Both the position numbers and the translations under genes were made by a program. This document shows, in pieces, positions 54,340 through 64,000 of a DNA stretch of 64,000 bases (positions are counted from its first letter, which is position 1; every line of letters begins with the position of its first letter). The notes beneath the pieces were generated by a model. It was not told the origin of the DNA. It saw nothing but the letters and a program-made list of their open reading frames with translations, and did no database searches. The stretch is from Eledone cirrhosa. Taxonomy: Eukaryota. The stretch covers positions 218,488,001 through 218,552,000 of the forward strand of contig OZ024742.1 of the NCBI GenBank assembly GCA_964016885.1, in the 5' to 3' direction.

Positions 54340-57300
54340 AATGTGTTTTTGACTACATTTCTACACGTGTTGTTGACTCCATTTCTACATGTGTTGTTGA
54401 CTCCTTTTCTACATGTGTTGTTGACTCCATTTCTACATGTGTTGTTGACTACATTTCCACATGTGTTGTTGACTACATTTCTACATGTGTTGTTGACTAC
54501 ATTTCTACATCTTTTATTGACTACAATTCTACATGTTTTGTTGACTACATTTCTACATGTGTTGGTGACTCCGTTTCTACATGTGTTGGTGACTCCATTT
54601 CTACATGTGTTGTTGACTCCATTTCTACATGTGTTGTTGACTCCATTTCTACATGTGTTGTTGACTACATTTCTACATGTGATGTTGACTCCATTTCTAT
54701 ATGTGTTGTTGACTCCATTTCTACATGTGATGTTGACTCCATTTCTACATGTGTTGTTGACTCCATTTCTGTATGTTTTGTTAACTACATTTCTACATGT
54801 GTTGATAACTCCGTTTCTACATGTGTTGGTAACTCCAGTTCTACATGTGATGTTGACTCCATTTCTATATGTGTTGTTGACTCCATTTCTACATGTGTTG
54901 TTGACTACATTTCTAAATGTGTTTTTGACTCCATTTCTACATGTGTTGTTGACTCCATTTCTACATATGTTGTTGACTACATTTCTACATATGTTGTTGA
55001 CTCCATTTTTACATATGTTGTTGACCTCATTTCTACATGTGTTGTTGACTCCATTTCTACATGTGTTATTGACTCCATTTCTACATCTACATTTCTACAT
55101 GTGTTGTTGACTACATTTCTACATTTGTTGTTGACACCATTTCTAAATGTGTTGTTGACTACATTTTTACATGTGTTGTTGACTCCATTTCTACATGTGT
55201 TGTTGACTCCATTTCTACATGTGTTGTTGACTACATTTCTACATGTGTTGTAGACTCCATTTCTACATGTGTTGTTGACTACATTTCTACATGTGTTGTT
55301 AACTCCATTTCTACATGTGTATTTGACTACATTTCTACATGTGTTGTTGACTCCATTTCTACATGTGTTGTTGACTACATTTCTACCAGTGTTGTTGACT
55401 CCATTTCTACATATGTTGTTGACTACATTTCTACATGTGTTGTTGACTCCATTTCTACATGTGTTGTTGACTACATTTCTATATATGTTGTTGACTACAT
55501 TTTTACATGTGTTGTTGACTACATTTCTACATGTGTTGTTGACTCCATTTCTACCTGTGTTGTTGACTTCAGTTCTACATGTGTTGTTGACTCCATTTCT
55601 ACATGTGTGTTGACTCCTTTTCTACATGTGTTGTTGACTCCATTTCTACATGTGTTGTTGACTACATTTCTAAATGTGTTTTTGACTACATTTCTACACG
55701 TGTTGTTGACTCCATTTCTACATGTGTTGTTAACTCCATTTCTACATATGTTGTTGACTAAATTTCTACATGTTTTTGTTGACTCCATTTCTACATGTAT
55801 TGTTGACTACATTTCTATATATGTTGTTGACTACATTTCTACATGTGTTGTTGACTACATTTCTCCATGTGTTGTTGAGTCCATTTCTACATGTGTTGTT
55901 AACTCCATTTCTACATGTGTTGTTGATTACATTTCTACATGCGTTGTTGACTCCATTTCTACCAGTGTTGTTGACTCCATTTCTACATATGTTGTTGACT
56001 ACATTTCTACATGTGTTGTTGACTACATTTCTACATGTGTTGTTGACTCCATTTCTACAGGTATTGTTGACTACATTTCAATATATGTTATTGACTACAT
56101 TTCTACATGTGATGTTGACTACATTTCTACATGTGTTGTTGACTACATTTCTAAATGTGCTGTTGACTCCAGTTCTACATGTGTTGTTGACTACATTTCT
56201 ACATGTGTTGTTGACTCCATTTCTACCAGTGTTGTTGACTCCAGTTCTACATGTGTTGTTGACTCCATTTCTACATGTGTTGTCGACTCCATTTCTACAT
56301 GTGTTGTTGACTACATTTCTCCATGTGTTGTTGAGTCCATGTCTACATGTGTTGTTGACTCCATTTCTTCATGTGTTGTTGACTCCATTTCTACATATGT
56401 TGTTGACTACATTTCTACATGTGTTGTTGACTCCATTTCTACATGTGTTGTTGACTACATTTCTAAATGTGTTGTTGACGCCATTTCTACATGTGTTGTT
56501 GACTCCTCTTCTACATGTGTTCTTGATTACATTTCTACATGTGTTGTTGCCTACATTTCTACATGTGTTGTTAACTACATTTCTACATGTGTTGTTGACT
56601 CCATTTCTACATGTGTTGTTGACTACATTTCTACATGTGTTGTTGACTACATTTCTACATCTGTTATTGACTACAATTCTACATGTGTTGTTGACTACAT
56701 TTCTACATGTGTTGGTGACTCCATTTCTCCATGTGTTGGTGACTCCATTTCTACCTTTGTTGTTGACTCTATTTCTACATGTGTTGTTGACTCCATTTCT
56801 ACATGTGTTGTTGACTACATTTCTACATGTGATGTTGACTCCATTTCTATATGTGTTGTTGACTCCATTTCTACATGTGATGTTGACTCCATTTCTACAT
56901 GTGTTGTTGACTCCATTTCTGTATGTTTTGTTAACTACATTTCTACATGTGTTGTTAACTCCGTTTCTACATGTGTTGGTAACTCCATTTCTACATGTGA
57001 TGTTGACTCCATTTCTATATGTGTTGTTGACTACATTTCTACATTTGTTGTTGACTCCATTTCTACATGTGTTGTTGACTCCATTTCTAAATGTGTTGTT
57101 GACTCCATTTCTACATGTGTTGTTGACTCCATTTCTACATGTGTTGTTGACTCCATTTCTACATGTGTTGTTGACTCCATTTCTACATGTGTTGTTGACT
57201 ACATTTCTAAATGTGTTTTTGACTACATTTCTACACGTGTTGTTGACTCCATTTCTACATGTGTTGTTGACTCCTTTTCTACATGTGTTGTTGACTCCAT

Positions 57301-60300
57301 TTCTACATGTGTTGTTGCCTACATTTCTACATGTGTTGTTAACTACATTTCTACATGTGTTGTTGACTCCATTTCTACATGTGTTGTTGACTACATTTCT
57401 ACATGTGTTGTTGACTACATTTCTACATCTTTTATTGACTACAATTCTACATGTTTTGTTGACTACATTTCTACATGTGTTGGTGACTCCGTTTCTACAT
57501 GTGTTGGTGACTCCATTTCTACATGTGTTGTTGACTCCATTTCTACATGTGTTGTTGACTCCATTTCTACATGTGTTGTTGACTACATTTCTACATGTGA
57601 TGTTGACTCCATTTCTATATGTGTTGTTGACTCCATTTCTACATGTGATGTTGACTCCATTTCTACATGTGTTGTTGACTCCATTTCTGTATGTTTTGTT
57701 AACTACATTTCTACATGTGTTGATAACTCCGTTTCTACATGTGTTGGTAACTCCAGTTCTACATGTGATGTTGACTGCATTTCTATATGTGTTGTTGACT
57801 CCATTTCTACATGTGTTGTTGACTACATTTCTAAATGTGTTTTTGACTCCATTTCTACATGTGTTGTTGACTCCATTTCTACATATGTTGTTGACTACAT
57901 TTCTACATGTGTTGTTGACTCCATTTTTACATATGTTGTTGACTCCATTTCTACATGTGTTGTTGACTCCATTTCTACATGTGTTGTTGACTCCATTTCT
58001 ACATCTACATTTCTACATGTGTTGTTGACTACATTTCTACATTTGTTGTTGACTCCATTTCTAAATGTGTTGTTGACTACATTTTTACATGTGTTGTTGA
58101 CTCCATTTCTACATGTGTTGTTGACTCCATTTCTACATGTGTTGTTGACTACATTTCTACATGTGTTGTTGACTCCATTTCTACATGTGTTGTTGACTAC
58201 ATTTCTACATGTGTTGTTAACTCCATTTCTACATGTGTATTTGACTACATTTCTACATGTGTTGTTGACTCCATTTCTACATGTGTTGTTGACTACATTT
58301 CTACCAGTGTTGTTGACTCCATTTCTACATATGTTGTTGACTACATTTCTACATGTGTTGTTGACTCCATTTCTACATGTGTTGTTGACTACATTTCTAT
58401 ATATGTTGTTGACTACATTTTTACATGTGTTGTTGACTACATTTCTACATGTGTTGTTGACTCCATTTCTACCTGTGTTGTTGACTTCAGTTCTACATGT
58501 GTTGTTGACTCCATTTCTACATGTGTGTTGACTCCTTTTCTACATGTGTTGTTGACTCCATTTCTACATGTGTTGTTGACTACATTTCTCCATGTGTTGT
58601 TGAGTCCATTTCTACATGTGTTGTTGACTACATTTCTACATGTGTTGTTGACTACATTTCTACATGTGTTGTTGACTACATTTCTACATGTGTTGTTGAC
58701 TACATTTCTACATGTGTTGTTGACTCCATTTCTACATGTGTTGTTGACTACATTTCTATATGTGTTGTTGACTCCATTTCTACATGTGTTGTTGACTACA
58801 TTTCTATATGTGTTGTTGACTACATTTCTACATATGTTGTTGACTCCATTTCTACATGTGCTGTTGGCTACATTTCTAAATGTGTTTTTGACTACATTTC
58901 TACACGTGTTGTTGACTCCATTTCTACATGTGTTGTTAACTCCATTTCTACATATGTTGTTGACTAAATTTCTACATGTTTTTGTTGACTCCATTTCTAC
59001 ATGTATTGTTGACTACATTTCTATATATGTTGTTGACTACATTTCTACATGTGTTGTTGACTACATTTCTCCATGTGTTGTTGAGTCCATTTCTACATGT
59101 GTTGTTAACTCCATTTCTACATGTGTTGTTGACTACATTTCTACATGCGTTGTTGACTCCATTTCTACCAGTGTTGTTGACTCCATTTCTACATATGTTG
59201 TTGACTACATTTCTACATGTGTTGTTGACTACATTTCTACATGTGTTGTTGACTCCATTTCTACAGGTATTGTTGACTACATTTCAATATATGTTATTGA
59301 CTACATTTCTACATGTGATGTTGACTACATTTCTACATGTGTTGTTGACTACATTTCTAAATGTGCTGTTGACTCCAGTTCTACATGTGTTGTTGACTAC
59401 ATTTCTACATGTGTTGTTGACTCCATTTCTACCAGTGTTGTTGACTCCAGTTCTACATGTGTTGTTGACTCCATTTCTACATGTGTTGTCGACTCCATTT
59501 CTACATGTGTTGTTGACTACATTTCTCCATGTGTTGTTGAGTCCATGTCTACATGTGTTGTTGACTCCATTTCTTCATGTGTTGTTGACTCCATTTCTAC
59601 ATATGTTGTTGACTACATTTCTACATGTGTTGTTGACTCCATTTCTACATGTGTTGTTGACTACATTTCTAAATGTGTTGTTGACGCCATTTCTACATGT
59701 GTTGTTGACTCCTCTTCTACATGTGTTCTTGATTACATTTCTACATGTGTTGTTGCCTACATTTTACATGTGTTGTTAACTACATTTCTACATGTGTTGT
59801 TGACTCCATTTCTACATGTGTTGTTGACTACATTTCTACATGTGTTGTTGACTACATTTCTACATCTGTTATTGACTACAATTCTACATGTGTTGTTGAC
59901 TACATTTCTACATGTGTTGGTGACTCCATTTCTCCATGTGTTGGTGACTCCATTTCTACCTTTGTTGTTGACTCCATTTCTACATGTGTTGTTGACTCCA
60001 TTTCTACATGTGTTGTTGACTACATTTCTACATGTGATGTTGACTCCATTTCTATATGTGTTGTTGACTCCATTTCTACATGTGATGTTGACTCCATTTC
60101 CACATGTGTTGTTGACTCCATTTCTGTATGTTTTGTTAACTACATTTCTACATGTGTTGTTAACTCCGTTTCTACATGTGTTGGTAACTCCATTTCTACA
60201 TGTGATGTTGACTCCATTTCTATATGTGTTGTTGACTACATTTCTACATTTGTTGTTGACTCCATTTCTACATGTGTTGTTGACTCCATTTCTAAATGTG

Positions 60301-63300
60301 TTGTTGACTCCATTTCTACATGTGTTGTTGACTCCATTTCTACATGTGTTGTTGACTCCATTTCTACATGTGTTGTTGACTCCATTTCTACATGTGTTGT
60401 TGACTCCATTTCTACATGTGTGTTGACTCCTTTTCTACATGTGTTGTTGACTCCATTTCTACCTGTGTTGTTGACTCCAGTTCTACATGTGTTGTTGACT
60501 CCATTTCTACATGTGTTTTTGACTACATTGACTACATTTCTACATGTGTTGTTGCCTCCATCTCTACATGTGTTGTTGACTCCATTTCTACATATGTTGT
60601 TGACTCCATTTCTACATGTGTGGTTGACTCCATTTCTACATGTGTTCTTGACTACATTTCTACATGTGTTGTTGACTCCATTTCTACATGTGTTGTTGAC
60701 TACATTTCTATATGTGTTGTTGACTACATTTCTACATGTGTTGTTGACTCCATTTCTACATGTGTTGTTGACTCCTTTTCTACATGTGTTGTTGACTACA
60801 TTTCTACATGTGTTGGTGACTCCATTTCTACATGTGTTGGTGACTCCATTTCTACATGTGTTGTTGACTACATTTCTACATGTGTTGTTGACTACATTTC
60901 TACATGTGTTGTTGACTCCATTTCTACAGGTATTGTTGACTACATTTCAATATATGTTATTGACTCCATTTCTACATGTGATGTTGACTACATTTCTACA
61001 TGTGTTGTTGACTACATTTCTAAATGTGTTGTTGCCTCCAGTTCTACATGTGTTGTTGACTACATTTCTACATGTGTTGTTGACTCCATTTCTACCAGTG
61101 TTGTTGACTCCATTTCTACATGTGTTGTTGACTACATTTCTATATGTGTTGTTGACTACATTTCTACATATGTTGTTGACTCCATTTCTACATGTGCTGT
61201 TGGCTACATTTCTAAATGTATTTTTGACTACATTTCTACACGTGTTGTTGACTACATTTCTACATGTGTTGTTGACTCCATTTCTACATATGTTGTTGAC
61301 TACATTTCTACATGTGTTGTTGACTCAATTTCTGCATGTGTTGTTGATTACATTTCTAAATGTGTTTTTGACTACATTTCTACATGTGTTGTTGACTACA
61401 TTTCTTCATGTGTTGTTGACTCCATTTCTACATGTGTTGTTGACTACATTTCTACATGTGTTGTTGACCCCATTTCTACATGTGTTGTTGACTACATTTC
61501 TAAATGTGTTGTTGACTCCATTTCTACATGTGTTGTTGACTCCATTTCTACATGTGTTGTTGACTACATTTCTCCATGTGTTGTTGAGTCCATTTCTACA
61601 TGTGTTGTTGACTACATTTCTACATGTGTTGTTGACTACATTTCTACATGTGTTGTTGACTACATTTCTACATGTGTTGTTGACTACATTTCTACATGTG
61701 TTGTTGACTCCATTTCTACATGTGTTGTTGACTACATTTCTATATGTGTTGTTGACTCCATTTCTACATGTGTTGTTGACTACATTTCTATATGTGTTGT
61801 TGACTACATTTCTACATATGTTGTTGACTCCATTTCTACATGTGCTGTTGGCTACATTTCTAAATGTGTTTTTGACTACATTTCTACACGTGTTGTTGAC
61901 TCCATTTCTACATGTGTTGTTAACTCCATTTCTACATATGTTGTTGACTAAATTTCTACATGTTTTTGTTGACTCCATTTCTACATGTATTGTTGACTAC
62001 ATTTCTATATATGTTGTTGACTACATTTCTACATGTGTTGTTGACTACATTTCTCCATGTGTTGTTGAGTCCATTTCTACATGTGTTGTTAACTCCATTT
62101 CTACATGTGTTGTTGACTACATTTCTACATGCGTTGTTGACTCCATTTCTACCAGTGTTGTTGACTCCATTTCTACATATGTTGTTGACTACATTTCTAC
62201 ATGTGTTGTTGACTACATTTCTACATGTGTTGTTGACTCCATTTCTACAGGTATTGTTGACTACATTTCAATATATGTTATTGACTACATTTCTACATGT
62301 GATGTTGACTACATTTCTACATGTGTTGTTGACTACATTTCTAAATGTGCTGTTGACTCCAGTTCTACATGTGTTGTTGACTACATTTCTACATGTGTTG
62401 TTGACTCCATTTCTACCAGTGTTGTTGACTCCAGTTCTACATGTGTTGTTGACTCCATTTCTACATGTGTTGTCGACTCCATTTCTACATGTGTTGTTGA
62501 CTACATTTCTCCATGTGTTGTTGAGTCCATGTCTACATGTGTTGTTGACTCCATTTCTTCATGTGTTGTTGACTCCATTTCTACATATGTTGTTGACTAC
62601 ATTTCTACATGTGTTGTTGACTCCATTTCTACATGTGTTGTTGACTACATTTCTAAATGTGTTGTTGACGCCATTTCTACATGTGTTGTTGACTCCTCTT
62701 CTACATGTGTTCTTGATTACATTTCTACATGTGTTGTTGCCTACATTTTTACATGTGTTGTTAACTACATTTCTACATGTGTTGTTGACTCCATTTCTAC
62801 ATGTGTTGTTGACTACATTTCTACATGTGTTGTTGACTACATTTCTACATCTGTTATTGACTACAATTCTACATGTGTTGTTGACTACATTTCTACATGT
62901 GTTGGTGACTCCATTTCTCCATGTGTTGGTGACTCCATTTCTACCTTTGTTGTTGACTCCATTTCTACATGTGTTGTTGACTCCATTTCTACATGTGTTG
63001 TTGACTACATTTCTACATGTGATGTTGACTCCATTTCTATATGTGTTGTTGACTCCATTTCTACATGTGATGTTGACTCCATTTCTACATGTGTTGTTGA
63101 CTCCATTTCTGTATGTTTTGTTAACTACATTTCTACATGTGTTGTTAACTCCGTTTCTACATGTGTTGGTAACTCCATTTCTACATGTGATGTTGACTCC
63201 ATTTCTATATGTGTTGTTGACTACATTTCTACATTTGTTGTTGACTCCATTTCTACATGTGTTGTTGACTCCATTTCTAAATGTGTTGTTGACTCCATTT

Positions 63301-63800
63301 CTACATGTGTTGTTGACTCCATTTCTACATGTGTTGTTGACTCCATTTCTACATGTGTTGTTGACTCCATTTCTACATGTGTTGTTGACTCCATTTCTAC
63401 ATGTGTGTTGACTCCTTTTCTACATGTGTTGTTGACTCCATTTCTACCTGTGTTGTTGACTCCAGTTCTACATGTGTTGTTGACTCCATTTCTACATGTG
63501 TTTTTGACTACATTGACTACATTTCTACATGTGTTGTTGCCTCCATCTCTACATGTGTTGTTGACTCCATTTCTACATATGTTGTTGACTCCATTTCTAC
63601 ATGTGTGGTTGACTCCATTTCTACATGTGTTCTTGACTACATTTCTACATGTGTTGTTGACTCCATTTCTACATGTGTTGTTGACTACATTTCTATATGT
63701 GTTGTTGACTACATTTCTACATGTGTTGTTGACTCCATTTCTACATGTGTTGTTGACTCCTTTTCTACATGTGTTGTTGACTACATTTCTACATGTGTTG
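54340..63800. repeat. Irregular approximately 3-kb higher-order repeats
   Basis: Homologous ORF starts at 55770, 58976 and 61960 (offsets 3206, 2984). ORF ends at 55110/58028 (2918) and 60426/63411 (2985). Confidence 0.85.
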
Positions 63801-64000
63801 TTGCCTACATTTCTACATGTGTTGTTAACTACATTTCTACATGTGTTGTTGACTCCATTTCTACATGTGTTGTTGACTACATTTCTACATGTGTTGTTGA
63901 CTACATTTCTACATCTTTTATTGACTACAATTCTACATGTTTTGTTGACTACATTTCTACATGTGTTGGTGACTCCATTTCTACATGTGTTGGTGACTCC

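Larger units (their letters stand above)
8381..64000. repeat. 24-bp satellite array, consensus ACATGTGTTGTTGACT(C/A)CATTTCT, about 2,300 monomers, runs off the window end
   Basis: Directly visible. Single orientation throughout, with no foreign insertion seen. Two degenerate monomers at 8381-8420 precede regular units. The consensus is T-rich on + (11/24 T), has no CpG, and carries ACATGT (PciI) and GTTGAC (HincII) sites. Confidence 0.99.

Noticed and set aside
12777-58994. Mucin-like MESTTHVE repeat on the minus strand
   Set aside because: Every A-type monomer puts TAG in this frame, so open runs are only about 8 units long.
8394-63411. Giant ORFs (up to 1439 aa) of CVVDSIST, LLTPFLHV and NNTCRNGV octapeptide repeats
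   Set aside because: The 24-bp unit is a multiple of 3 and lacks stops in three frames, so overlapping ORFs appear on both strands. Indels switch ORFs between frames, stops are propagated by duplications, and there is no unique N- or C-terminal domain.
8421-64000. CRISPR array
   Set aside because: Repeats are directly adjacent with no unique spacers, there are no cas genes, and the context is eukaryotic.
8421-64000. Telomeric repeat
   Set aside because: There is no TTAGGG-like or G-run motif. Variant and higher-order structure indicate recombinational amplification rather than telomerase synthesis.
8421-64000. A-to-I editing of UAG codons to open the minus-strand frame, or the C/A string as a coded message
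   Set aside because: Pure speculation. There is no inverted copy to form dsRNA in the window and no evidence of transcription, and the pattern is explainable by duplication.
8421-64000. Array of E-box (CATGTG) and AP-1-like (TGACTCC/TGACTAC) sites as a regulatory element
   Set aside because: Short motifs are expected by chance in any 24-mer, and no functional evidence can be drawn from sequence alone.

Overview
Non-coding eukaryotic DNA, probably from an octopus or other cephalopod (inferred from recalled SINE and RTE motifs, not from a database search). Bases 1-8380 are a patchwork of decayed transposons: two tRNA-derived SINE copies (one with a perfect 20-bp TSD), a CRE-like endonuclease fragment, a Vingi/Ingi-like LINE nested in an RTE 3' end, a 2.1-kb degenerate RTE LINE, a structurally complete 1-kb non-autonomous Helitron carrying a 37-bp minisatellite, and microsatellites. 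From about 8381 to the window end (>55 kb, about 2,300 units) lies one uninterrupted head-to-tail satellite with the 24-bp monomer ACATGTGTTGTTGACT(C/A)CATTTCT. It has a dimorphic C/A position, diagnostic variant monomers and nested higher-order duplications of 0.5-7.5 kb. The huge ORFs in the track arise because three frames of the 24-mer lack stops. I find no supportable host gene and no demonstrably new biological system. The best leads are the satellite's architecture and its possible local origin.
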